A stretch of DNA of 35,622 nucleotides from a virus: IMG/VR virus record IMGVR_UViG_3300045912_000521, positions 1 to 35,622 of that record; one strand, given 5' to 3'. Made by a program: the position numbers and the translations under genes. Shown piece by piece: positions 17,183 through 26,257 of this stretch. The first letter of the stretch is position 1. Every line of letters starts with the position of its first letter. The notes below the pieces were generated by a model that saw only the letters and a list, made by a program, of their open reading frames with translations, had not been told where the DNA came from and searched no databases.

Positions 17183-18014
17183 CTTATTCGGCAATCCAGT
17201 TACAACTCAATCGAAATGCAAAGTCACCGTCCAGAACGGCGCGCTGCAAATTGTCACCCCATACAATCCGCAATTTGTAGCATTAGTGAAAAGTCTGCCA
17301 GCCAGCGCCAGACGTTTTGACCCAATCAGCAAAGCCTGGCTGGTGGACACTCAGTATGGAAGACAGGTGCGGGAATGGATACAAAAGGTTTACGGTGAGG
17401 ATATTAATATTGCAGTATCCGATTTCCAACCGAAAAGTGAAACGCGCATCCTTGATGTTTGGTATCTCGGCAAGACCAAACCCGTTGGCGATGAGTATGT
17501 TGCCAACGGCATGAATGCACAGAAGGAATGGGTCTTCATCTTTCCCGAACGTGTCCTGAAAGAATGGTTTGAAGGATTCACAACCAGTCTGAGTGGTCCA
17601 ACGCTTTACGGTATCCTCGGTATCCACCGCAACGCATCACAAGACGAAATCAAGAGCGCTTACCGGCGTATGGTCAAACAGTGGCATCCTGACGTCTGCA
17701 AGGAACCAAATGCACAGGAAGTGTTCATCAAAATCAAAGAAGCCTACGAGATACTGAGTAACCCGCAGACCAAAGCCAAATATGACGCTGGACTGGCACT
17801 GGAAGCCAGTTTGGGAAAACAGCACGAGATTGAGAATCGTTTTGGCTACCGCTCGCCCTTACGATGCGGCTATGTCCTTGCCGAAGGGTATGACCGTCTC
17901 GGCCGTTTCTACGTTCAGAAAATCCTGAATTGGGAAGACATTACAACTGATAAGGGCACGCTGGTCGCGTCATGGCCAATGGGCGCGACAGAACCTATGT
18001 GGAGCTGGATATGA
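17175..18014 (+). CDS. J-domain (DnaJ-like) protein (279 aa)
   Basis: LYGILGIHRNASQDEIKSAYRRMVKQWHPDVCKEPNAQEVFIKIKEAYEILSNPQTKAKYD contains the HPD tripeptide. Confidence 0.8.
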   Translation: MYDLFGNPVTTQSKCKVTVQNGALQIVTPYNPQFVALVKSLPASARRFDPISKAWLVDTQYGRQVREWIQKVYGEDINIAVSDFQPKSETRILDVWYLGKTKPVGDEYVANGMNAQKEWVFIFPERVLKEWFEGFTTSLSGPTLYGILGIHRNASQDEIKSAYRRMVKQWHPDVCKEPNAQEVFIKIKEAYEILSNPQTKAKYDAGLALEASLGKQHEIENRFGYRSPLRCGYVLAEGYDRLGRFYVQKILNWEDITTDKGTLVASWPMGATEPMWSWI

Positions 18015-18262
18015 AAGACTTATCCGAACTATCCGATGAGGAACTTTTGCGTCTTACCAGTCCGCTAGCCGATAATGATTACATTGAAATTAACTGAAAA
18101 AAGTGCGGTGCAAAAGTCATCGTCAGGAGAAGGCAATTAGCGACAAAGTACTGTCAGGAATGTGCTAATAAGATGGAATATTCTCGGCCGAGAAAGAAAA
18201 CAAAACCATCCTGGCGAAGCGGTACATTGGGAGAACGCTGGAGGTGGGAACACACACTGTAA
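18011..18262 (+). pseudogene. Zinc-ribbon ORF interrupted by one in-frame TGA (18095-18097) at the first Cys position
   Basis: Hand translation gives MKDLSELSDEELLRLTSPLADNDYIEIN-TGA-KKCGAKVIVRRRQLATKYCQECANKMEYSRPRKKTKPSW...HTL-TAA, a single frame throughout. The start forms an ATGA overlap with the upstream gene. Confidence 0.5.
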
Positions 18263-18272
18263 GGAGGCTATC

Positions 18273-18461
18273 ATGTATCAATCAGAAAAGCATTTGTGCG
18301 GAGTCGGAAAATCTCTGGAAAGCGATTGGAGTCAAGCAGTAGAAAATTACAAAAAAGGAAAAACAGAGACAAACAAAGAAAAAGCTTATAAAACCGCTTA
18401 TTTGTACTTTACCCACCGGCGCGAATGTTCCTTCTGTACCGTGATTTGGGAGAAGAAATGA
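18273..18461 (+). CDS. Hypothetical small Cys-containing protein (62 aa)
   Basis: AAGGAGG precedes the ATG at 18273. There is an ATGA overlap with the next gene. Confidence 0.5.
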   Translation: MYQSEKHLCGVGKSLESDWSQAVENYKKGKTETNKEKAYKTAYLYFTHRRECSFCTVIWEKK

Positions 18462-19015
18462 ACGCGATTGTTCCGGGCTCACTCAGTGCAATTGCAAGAC
18501 AGGAAAACAAATCCATTGCGGAGACATTTGTCAACGCTGATTTGATCGTTATCGTAGACACCAGCGGCAGCATGGCTACCCACGACAGTCGAGGCGGTAA
18601 ATCCCGCTACGACGTGGCGTGTGAGGAACTCGCTGCACTGCAAACTCATCATCCAGGAAAAATCGCCGTTTTAGCATTCTCGGATGATGTCATCTTCTGC
18701 CCATCCGGAATTCCAACCTATTTCGGCGGCGGTACGGATATGGCCAAAGCATTACAGTTTACCAAAATTGCCGATGTGCCCGGTATGCAATTTGTGCTTA
18801 TCTCAGATGGTGAGCCGGAAGACGAAACAAAAGCCTTACAGGTTGCAAGGACATACCGGAACAAAATTTCCACCATATACGTTGGGCCGGAAGAGCGTCC
18901 GACCGGAAGAGGCTTTCTGGAGCGCCTGGCCGCCGCAACGGGCGGGCAAACCATCGCGGTGGACCGGGCAAAAGAATTAAAATCCGGCATTGAGAAACTC
19001 TACCTTCCGGGGTAA
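18458..19015 (+). CDS. von Willebrand factor type A (vWA) domain protein
   Basis: The MIDAS motif is LIVIVDTSGSM, followed by GGTDMAKAL and LISDGEPED. Confidence 0.8.
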   Translation: MNAIVPGSLSAIARQENKSIAETFVNADLIVIVDTSGSMATHDSRGGKSRYDVACEELAALQTHHPGKIAVLAFSDDVIFCPSGIPTYFGGGTDMAKALQFTKIADVPGMQFVLISDGEPEDETKALQVARTYRNKISTIYVGPEERPTGRGFLERLAAATGGQTIAVDRAKELKSGIEKLYLPG

Positions 19016-19018
19016 TTT

Positions 19019-20506
19019 ATGACAACCCTTGTCGAACCATCGCTGAAAAAAGACTTCGAGACATTGAATCAGTACTTCGGCATAGATTGTTCCGAAGTCG
19101 GCGATCTGGACGAGGTCGCGCGATTAATTGCGCTGAAAGCTAAACCGAATAGCCAATACATCAAGGACTGCCTACCACCATGGGAGAAAGTCTACGATGA
19201 CTACCTGATCGCCCTGGAAGTCTACGGAGACCACGACACTGCGTGGCTGGAGACGATTAAGACATATCCCATCGATGTGCAGCTGGCCATGCGCAATGTG
19301 ATCCAGGTATTGATCAACCAGCACACTACACAAAACCTGAAAGCCAAGCAAAAAAGAAAAATCAAGACCAAAGAATACATGGCCCAGTTCAAAAAATTGG
19401 GCTATGAGTTTGCACTAAATTTAGTTGATGATACAGTATATGTTCGCCGAAATGGACATCAAGAAATTCTCAACGATATTGAGTTTTCAGTTGTCTACCG
19501 CGCATTGGTTGATACCGGAATGTCGACACGTGAAAATGACGTCCGCCATGCTATTCACATAGCATCGAAAAACAATGCTTTTCATCCCGTAAGAGACTAC
19601 CTTGACTCACTATCATGGGACGGCCAACCACACATTGCTAAACTCGCCGAGCACTTTACGGATAAGTACAATATCTTTCCATTGTACTTGCGTAAGTGGT
19701 TAATAGGCGCAGTTGCCAGAGTTTACACACGGGGCGCGCAAAATCCCATGCTGGTTATGGACGGCAAGCAAGGCATCGGTAAATCGTATTTTGTGCGTTG
19801 GCTAACCCCCACCTTAGAAGTCTTCAACGAAGGCCCAATACAACCGGACAACAAGGACGACCAGCTGCGTCTAATGTCGGTTTGGATTTGGGAAGTCAAA
19901 GAATTGGGCGCTACATTCCGCAAATCCGATTTGGAAGCGCTAAAATCATTCCTCACCCTTGAGAGTGTCCGCGTGCGAAGGCCCTACGGCCACTACGACA
20001 TCTACAAGCCGGCAATCACAAGTTTCATCGGCACAATCAATAATGTGGAAGGTTTCCTCAGTGACCCATCCGGATCGCGCCGTTTTAACATTACCCGCAT
20101 ACTCAGTATTGACTGGGAATATAAGAACACGATAGACCGCAATCAGGTGTGGGCGGAAGCAAAAGCCGCATTTCTGGACCGCGAAGATTGGATGCTTTCC
20201 TCCGAAGAACAGAAAATCAGAGACGAAATCAATGACGATTACGCCATTGAGGACCCAGTAGAAAATGCGCTGCCGCTGTATTTCGATATTGATCCATCGA
20301 GACAAGATTGGTGGATGGATACGTCCGAAATTGTCAAAATCCTGGAAGACCCAATCTCTGGCGCTGGGCTGCGCCTGGGCGGGTCAAGGGCTGCAAGTAT
20401 GATGCTGGCGCGTATCATGATGAAATTGGGATGCGAAAAGAAACAAAGACCATTAGGATCAACACGAATACGCGGATACACCGGAATCAGGAGAAAAATA
20501 CCGTGA
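19019..20506 (+). CDS. VirE-family P-loop NTPase (primase/helicase-associated replication protein)
   Basis: DYLDSLSWDGQPHI and the Walker A MDGKQGIGKSYF. It is adjacent to the origin and the prim-pol gene. Confidence 0.7.
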   Translation: MTTLVEPSLKKDFETLNQYFGIDCSEVGDLDEVARLIALKAKPNSQYIKDCLPPWEKVYDDYLIALEVYGDHDTAWLETIKTYPIDVQLAMRNVIQVLINQHTTQNLKAKQKRKIKTKEYMAQFKKLGYEFALNLVDDTVYVRRNGHQEILNDIEFSVVYRALVDTGMSTRENDVRHAIHIASKNNAFHPVRDYLDSLSWDGQPHIAKLAEHFTDKYNIFPLYLRKWLIGAVARVYTRGAQNPMLVMDGKQGIGKSYFVRWLTPTLEVFNEGPIQPDNKDDQLRLMSVWIWEVKELGATFRKSDLEALKSFLTLESVRVRRPYGHYDIYKPAITSFIGTINNVEGFLSDPSGSRRFNITRILSIDWEYKNTIDRNQVWAEAKAAFLDREDWMLSSEEQKIRDEINDDYAIEDPVENALPLYFDIDPSRQDWWMDTSEIVKILEDPISGAGLRLGGSRAASMMLARIMMKLGCEKKQRPLGSTRIRGYTGIRRKIP

Positions 20507-20508
20507 GT

Positions 20509-20626
20509 GTAGCAACCTGAGCAACCGTAGCAACCATTTCTATTAAATTAAATTTTTGCAATCACAAAAAAAAATCTTTTTCTTATAGGTTGCTCAGGTT
20601 GCTAAGGTTGCTACGGAGGTTGCTAC
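20509..20626. repeat. Candidate replication origin: inverted iteron arrays flanking an AT-rich spacer
   Basis: AGCAACC occurs at 20511, 20520 and 20529 (9-bp period). Its complement GGTTGCT occurs at 20588, 20597, 20606 and 20618. The spacer 20536-20587 is AT-rich and contains an A9 run. Confidence 0.65.
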
Positions 20627-20641
20627 GAAGGATAAAAACAA

Positions 20642-21529
20642 GTGGAAAATTCTCAATCAATACTCAGCTACGCACAGTTTTGGCAAAAACTCGGAATCGC
20701 TACAATTCCAATCCGGTACAAAGACAAAAGACCGGAACTCAGATCATGGCAGGAATTTCAGAAACGATTACCCACCGATACTGAGTTGGTCAAATGGTTT
20801 TCCGGTCCATTTCACAATTTGGGTGTCGTAGTGGGTTGGCGCAACCTGGTTGTCATAGATTTCGACAGCGATACTGAGTATGCGCGGTGGGGATTATGGA
20901 TTGCCAAACGGCCAATTTACAGGTGGATAAAGCAAACACTTCAGGTTAAAACTGCACGTGGAGTACATGTCTATGTCATCACCGCAGAACCTGCACAAAA
21001 TGCAAAATTGCCCGGTATAGACGTAAAAGTACAGGGTGGATACGTCCTTGCACCACCAAGTGTACATCCCAGTGGCTTTTCATACTCAGTTTTGTCAGGT
21101 ACACTGCCTGTAAGAATTGATGCTTTATCCGATATTCTCCCTGCCGATCTGTTAGCCCTTTATACTGAGTTACCAAAGCGGCAAAACAATTTCGTTTCTT
21201 CTCCGGTTACGCTTACCGCAACGGACGACCCATGGGAGCGGGCAAACCAACCGCTTGAACCGGATCGTGATCTTATCGAGCAGATCAAACAGCGTTATCG
21301 AATTGAGGATTTCTTCACGAAACTCATTCCCAAAAAAGACCGATGGCACATGACCAATTGCCCATTCCATGACGATAAATCCCCAAGTATGTGGGTGGAT
21401 ACTGAGCGGCAATTGTGCGGATGTTTCGCCGGTTGCACTGTACAGCCGTATGATGTCATAGACCTGTACGCAAGGCTGCACAATCTGAGCGTGCAGGAGG
21501 CAATCAGAATTATGGCGGTGGGGAAATGA
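20642..21529 (+). CDS. Bifunctional primase-polymerase (prim-pol) with a C-terminal CHC2 zinc finger
   Basis: GTG start. Motifs seen: NLVVIDFD, TARGVHVY and GGYVLAPPSVHPSG. The zinc finger is CPFHDDKSPSMWVDTERQLCGCFAGC. Confidence 0.8.
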   Translation: MENSQSILSYAQFWQKLGIATIPIRYKDKRPELRSWQEFQKRLPTDTELVKWFSGPFHNLGVVVGWRNLVVIDFDSDTEYARWGLWIAKRPIYRWIKQTLQVKTARGVHVYVITAEPAQNAKLPGIDVKVQGGYVLAPPSVHPSGFSYSVLSGTLPVRIDALSDILPADLLALYTELPKRQNNFVSSPVTLTATDDPWERANQPLEPDRDLIEQIKQRYRIEDFFTKLIPKKDRWHMTNCPFHDDKSPSMWVDTERQLCGCFAGCTVQPYDVIDLYARLHNLSVQEAIRIMAVGK

Positions 21530-21729
21530 ATCTCGAAGTTTCTCAAGAAGACGCAGCGGTTTTGAATGCCATCCGTCAGGTTCGCGATGGTACTGGGTTT
21601 GGGCGAGTTGTGATTGAGATCAAAGAAGGACAAATTATATTTATCGAGATCAGCTCGTCGGTTCTAATTAAGCGAAGTGATGGTAAAATAATTATAAGTT
21701 CACGAGGTACGCGCCCGGAACAGTCTTGA
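21526..21729 (+). CDS. Hypothetical small protein (67 aa)
   Basis: ATGA overlap with the upstream gene. The GFGRVVIEIKEGQIIFIE stretch is reminiscent of small YezD-like proteins, a weak impression only. Confidence 0.5.
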   Translation: MNLEVSQEDAAVLNAIRQVRDGTGFGRVVIEIKEGQIIFIEISSSVLIKRSDGKIIISSRGTRPEQS

Positions 21730-21750
21730 TGGCTGTCCGGGTTTTTGTTT
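21714..21750 (+). terminator. Intrinsic terminator at the early/late boundary
   Basis: CCCGGA(A)CAG (21714-23) pairs with CTGTCCGGG (21733-41), with one bulged A. It is followed by TTTTTGTTT (21742-50). Confidence 0.7.
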
Positions 21751-21761
21751 AAGGATTGGGT

Positions 21762-22151
21762 ATGGCGCGGAAAAAGTTTGAGAAAGAAAAGATTGCGCAA
21801 ATATTGGTAGAAGCAATGTTTACCAATGTCCGCGATACGGCAAATAAATATGGAATTGCGGAAAGAACGATTGAGCGTTGGCGTGATAGGGTTTCGATTG
21901 ATACTGAACTGTCGCGATTGGTCGAAATTAAAAAGCGCACGTTCCAGCGCCGTTGGGTGGATGAAGCCGGGGCTTTTATCAGTCAGGGGTTTAAATACCT
22001 CCATGAGGCGGCCAATTCTCCGAACGTTTCTGCTGAAATGATCCACGCTATTGCCGGGGCGATGAAGATTGCTAGTGAGATTATCACTCTACGCGAGGTA
22101 TTGGATGCTCGACTCTCTGGACAGGATCGAGAGGACGATACGCAGGATTGA
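21762..22151 (+). CDS. terS: Terminase small subunit (putative)
   Basis: There is an N-terminal HTH-like region (VRDTANKYGIAERTIERWRDR). It lies immediately upstream of the large terminase gene. Confidence 0.6.
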   Translation: MARKKFEKEKIAQILVEAMFTNVRDTANKYGIAERTIERWRDRVSIDTELSRLVEIKKRTFQRRWVDEAGAFISQGFKYLHEAANSPNVSAEMIHAIAGAMKIASEIITLREVLDARLSGQDREDDTQD

Positions 22152-22158
22152 GCGGTGG

Positions 22159-23529
22159 ATGCCGCGCCAGGGGCCACGTATTGGGCAGATGACCTTTGGG
22201 GATTGGCTGAAAGCCGTCACGCCGGCATATCAATGGAACTGGCCGTATCTTGTCTTTCTCCGATCTGAATTGGAGCGGGTAGCCAATGGCGAGATAAAAC
22301 GTCTCATGGTCATGATGCCGCCGCGCCACGGGAAGACAGCAACTGTCACAGTGCGCTTCCCGGTATGGTGGATGGAGCGGAAGCCTGGACTGCGGGTGAT
22401 TGTGGCGGCGTATAACCAGACGCTTGCGAATAAGTTCAGCAGGATGAGTCGCAAACTGGCACAGATGCGGCTTGGGCTACGCGAGGATCGCCGGGCAGTC
22501 GAGGAATGGGAAACACAAACGGGGTGCTGGTATCGGGCGGTGGGTGTAGGCGGCGGTATCACCGGTATGGGCGGCGACCTGATTGTCATAGATGACCCAA
22601 TCAAGAGCCGGGAAGAGGCCCAATCGCTGACCTATCGAGAGAAGGTATGGGATTGGTACACGAACGATCTGTACACCCGTCTTGAACCTGGCGGTGCGAT
22701 GATTTTGGTCATGACGCGCTGGCATGAAGACGACCTGGCCGGGCGAATACTGAGCAGTGCAGAGGGAGAAAACTGGCGTGTGGTGCGGCTGCCGGCGCTG
22801 GCCGAGGAAGGCGATCTGCTGGGTCGTGCGCCTGGCGAGGCGCTGAATCCGGAACGGTATCCGGTTGAAGAACTGCTCAAGATTAAAGCCGTGCTTGGCT
22901 CGTGGGCGTTCGAGGCGCTGTACCAGCAGCGACCGATGCCGGCTGAGGGCGGTTTGTTCAAACGCGAGTGGTTCTCGAAATTCATGGATGCCGTCCCAGC
23001 ACAGGTTGAAGCGCGAGTGCGCTATTGGGATAAGGCGGCAACGGCCGGAGATGGTGATTACACGGTTGGCGTGCGCATGAGCCGGGCTGACGGGGTGTAT
23101 TATGTTGAGGATCTAACGCGGGGGCGTTGGTCACCAGGAGAGCGGGACAAGGTGATCAAGCAATGCGCTGAAACCGATCCGCCCGGTACGCAAATCTGGT
23201 TAGAGCAGGAGCCGGGCTCCAGCGGTGTGGACAGTGTACAGGCGCTGATACGGCTGCTATCTGGATACTCAGTACACGCAGATCGGGTGACGGGGAGTAA
23301 GCAGGTGCGTGCTGAACCGTTTGCTGCTCAAGCCGAAGCCGGCAATGTTGTGCTGGTCAAAGGGTACTGGAACGCGCCGTTTTTGGATGAATTATTAGTA
23401 TTCCCGAATGGCGCGCATGATGACCAGGTGGACGCGGCGAGCGGGGCGTTTTTGGCTTTGACGAAAAGCTTTTCTAGCCTCGTGGAATATTATCGCAAAC
23501 AATTGGAGAAGACAAAATGGACGGGATGA
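22159..23529 (+). CDS. terL: Terminase large subunit
   Basis: Walker A is MMPPRHGKT and Walker B is LIVIDDP. The C-terminal nuclease motif is NGAHDDQVDAASGAF. The start is uncertain; 22105 is also possible. Confidence 0.85.
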   Translation: MPRQGPRIGQMTFGDWLKAVTPAYQWNWPYLVFLRSELERVANGEIKRLMVMMPPRHGKTATVTVRFPVWWMERKPGLRVIVAAYNQTLANKFSRMSRKLAQMRLGLREDRRAVEEWETQTGCWYRAVGVGGGITGMGGDLIVIDDPIKSREEAQSLTYREKVWDWYTNDLYTRLEPGGAMILVMTRWHEDDLAGRILSSAEGENWRVVRLPALAEEGDLLGRAPGEALNPERYPVEELLKIKAVLGSWAFEALYQQRPMPAEGGLFKREWFSKFMDAVPAQVEARVRYWDKAATAGDGDYTVGVRMSRADGVYYVEDLTRGRWSPGERDKVIKQCAETDPPGTQIWLEQEPGSSGVDSVQALIRLLSGYSVHADRVTGSKQVRAEPFAAQAEAGNVVLVKGYWNAPFLDELLVFPNGAHDDQVDAASGAFLALTKSFSSLVEYYRKQLEKTKWTG

Positions 23530-25079
23530 AAACTGATTTAACCGAGCGATTAGGTTCACTAATTCGAATGGCGCAATCGGCGAATGTGGCCTTATTTGGC
23601 CCCGGTGCACCGCCTCAGCCGTTATTGGATGATGAGCTGCCGCGTTTGTTTGAATATCAACCTGGTATCAATCTGGTTACTGTACCGCGGGCCGGCTTTG
23701 GTGTATTGCCGTTTTCAATTTTGCGTGCTCTGGCACAGACCAGCAAGGAAATCCGATTGAATATTGAGTTGATCAAACGCACAATACGCGGGCTGGAGTG
23801 GGACATTGTGCCGCGAGGTAAGGGAATAGACAATTATCAGGTTGGAACGGACGAGATAGTACATTTTTTCGAGCAGCCGGACGGCGTACATGACTTTGAC
23901 TCTTGGGTCAATCAATTACTGGAAACCCTGTTGACGATTGATGCGGTGACGATTTATCCAGATATTCAAGATGGTAAATTGGTATCATTGGACCTGGTAG
24001 ATGGTGCGACTATACGTCCGTTGCTTGATTTGCGCGGGCGTATACCCAGACCGCCGCAGCCGGCCTATTTGCAAGTGTTATACGGAATGCCGGCGACCCA
24101 TTATTCAGCAGATCGTCTAATCTATGCGCCGCTTAATACCAAGACGCATACGCCCTATGGAGAAAGCCCAATTGAGTGGGCATTGATGGCGATCAATACA
24201 GCGATCCGTCATGATGCGGTGCGGTTAGGGTGGTTTACGGAAGGCAACATACCAGGCGTACTGGTAAGTGTTTCGCCGGATTGGACACCAGAGCAATTGA
24301 CTACTTTTACCGAGTATTTTGACGCGCTGGCGAAGGGGGACATTCAGCGAGCCAGTAAAATCTTGTTTGTACCGGGCAATGGTGCGCAGTCCATTTTTCA
24401 GCCCCAGCAGGGGGATGCAGACAAAATTGAGGTAGATAAATGGTTGATGCAGGTAGTTTGCTGGGCGTTCGGCAACAACCCGGCGGAGTTTGGTTTAATT
24501 CCGGCCAGTGGGCTGGGAGGTTCAGGTTATGTTCAGGGTATGGAAAACGCGCAGTACCGTTCAATGATCGGTCCGATTACGGGTTATTTGAAGACGTTAT
24601 TTGATCGCATTATTCGTGATTACATGCGTCGTCCAGACTTGCAATTTAAGTGGATCGGTTTAGAACCGCCGGAGGATGAACTGCGCCGGGCGCAGATTGA
24701 CCAGGTATATCTATCAATGGGTGTGTACTCGCCGGCGTATGTACAGGATCGGCTGGGAGTACCGGTGGAATTTCGGGAAAGTTCGCCGGTGGTCGGGCTG
24801 CCTGCGCAGTTTTCATCTTTGTTTGAGCGGGCGATGAAATACGAGCTGCACCGCTGGCGGCAGAACGCGATTGCACTGAAGAAGGGCAAAACAACTGAAC
24901 AGTTTACGAGTGAAATTCTGCCGCTGGAGTTGCAAAACGAAATTCGGGTGCGGCTGAATTCCTGTCAAACGGCAGATGAAGCAGCAGTTTTATTTGACTC
25001 TATACTGAGCAGCGATTTGCAAAGGTCTTTGTTCCCCGTCCAGGAGGTCGGGGAAGCGCAGCCCTTTCGCTACCCGTGA
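23517..25079 (+). CDS. Portal protein
   Basis: It is 520 aa, overlaps the end of terL, and is followed by a MuF-type head morphogenesis gene. Confidence 0.75.
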   Translation: MDGMKTDLTERLGSLIRMAQSANVALFGPGAPPQPLLDDELPRLFEYQPGINLVTVPRAGFGVLPFSILRALAQTSKEIRLNIELIKRTIRGLEWDIVPRGKGIDNYQVGTDEIVHFFEQPDGVHDFDSWVNQLLETLLTIDAVTIYPDIQDGKLVSLDLVDGATIRPLLDLRGRIPRPPQPAYLQVLYGMPATHYSADRLIYAPLNTKTHTPYGESPIEWALMAINTAIRHDAVRLGWFTEGNIPGVLVSVSPDWTPEQLTTFTEYFDALAKGDIQRASKILFVPGNGAQSIFQPQQGDADKIEVDKWLMQVVCWAFGNNPAEFGLIPASGLGGSGYVQGMENAQYRSMIGPITGYLKTLFDRIIRDYMRRPDLQFKWIGLEPPEDELRRAQIDQVYLSMGVYSPAYVQDRLGVPVEFRESSPVVGLPAQFSSLFERAMKYELHRWRQNAIALKKGKTTEQFTSEILPLELQNEIRVRLNSCQTADEAAVLFDSILSSDLQRSLFPVQEVGEAQPFRYP

Positions 25080-25080
25080 C

Positions 25081-26196
25081 TTGGAGAAACAGGTTGAGCC
25101 GTATCACCCGGAATATGCAGCAAATCGGGTAAAAAGCGCGCTGGAGCGGGTAGAGGAAGATTTACAGCGTGATTTGATGCGCTGGTTTGCCGAATTCCTC
25201 GACGACCTGACAGGTGTGCAGAAAATAGCAAAAGATGAACCGCTGCCCGGCTTCCTGTTAGCCCGCTTAAATGACCAGATATGGTGGAAAACATGGAGCG
25301 AGAAATTATCCGAGATTTTGACCAGCAATATACTCAGCGCCATGAGAGTCGGTGGTCAGAGTGCCGGGCGTCAGTTGGGAATGAACCTGTCATGGGATTA
25401 CATTCAACCGGCTGCGGTAGAATGGGCGCGGCAAAACGCGGGTAAACTGGTAACCGGTATTTTACCGGATATACAAACGGACATTTCTCAGATAGTGATG
25501 GCTGGTTTGAGTGAAGGCAAGACAATTTATCAAATTCGAGATGAAATTGCCGGACTGCGGGATGATGCAGAGCGAGCCGTTTTCCCAGAGTGGCGGGCGG
25601 CTCGAATTGCGCGGACAGAAGTTATCCGTGCTCATGCCCAGGGAGCAAAACTCGGTTATCTGGAAAGCGGAGTGGTGAGCGGAATGCGCTGGCTGGACGG
25701 GCAGACGGGTGCGTGTCCAAAGTGTAGGGAATTGCACAACAAGACGATTCGTCTGGGCGAAAAGTTCTACATTGATCCGAAATTTGGTGATGGCTTACCG
25801 CCGCGTCATCCGCACTGCCGCTGCGCGGTTGCGCCGGTGACGCTGGATCAGGTCAAGTATCTACCGGCGGATCATCCATTGAGGGAGAATCGGCGAAACA
25901 GTATTGAGGAGATAACAGATATACAGGCTTATACTGAGATTGGAGGAGTACGGGTAACTGGTGAACGTTTGCGTCATGCTCAGTATAAGCATCCTGAAAT
26001 AAAAGGAATGATAGATATGATTCAGCGTGGTTTGCTTTCACCGGATGCAATAACGGACAAGGGAGAAGTTCGAGTATATCATATCGGTCTTAACCGAATA
26101 TCATCCCGTGGTAATCCGTTGTATTTCAATATTGCTGTAAGAATGGGAGAAAGTCCTTTTATGCTTACCAGCTACATTGCCCCAATTAAAAAGTGA
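25081..26196 (+). CDS. MuF / SPP1 gp7-type minor head protein with a C-terminal extension of about 118 aa
   Basis: RIARTEVIRAHAQG and GLPPRHPHCRCAVAPV are MuF hallmarks. TTG start. Sequence continues from about 25840 to 26196 beyond the canonical domain end. Confidence 0.8.
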   Translation: MEKQVEPYHPEYAANRVKSALERVEEDLQRDLMRWFAEFLDDLTGVQKIAKDEPLPGFLLARLNDQIWWKTWSEKLSEILTSNILSAMRVGGQSAGRQLGMNLSWDYIQPAAVEWARQNAGKLVTGILPDIQTDISQIVMAGLSEGKTIYQIRDEIAGLRDDAERAVFPEWRAARIARTEVIRAHAQGAKLGYLESGVVSGMRWLDGQTGACPKCRELHNKTIRLGEKFYIDPKFGDGLPPRHPHCRCAVAPVTLDQVKYLPADHPLRENRRNSIEEITDIQAYTEIGGVRVTGERLRHAQYKHPEIKGMIDMIQRGLLSPDAITDKGEVRVYHIGLNRISSRGNPLYFNIAVRMGESPFMLTSYIAPIKK

Positions 26197-26257
26197 AGCT
26201 CCGGGCAAACTTGCACGAGGTTTGCATCTCCCTTTCGGGCGTGCTTTGCAGCGACAT

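Noticed and set aside
20590-20784. ORF encoding MLRLLRLLRRLLRR...
   Set aside because: It is the translation of the GGTTGCT iteron array, and it overlaps the real GTG start of the prim-pol gene at 20642.
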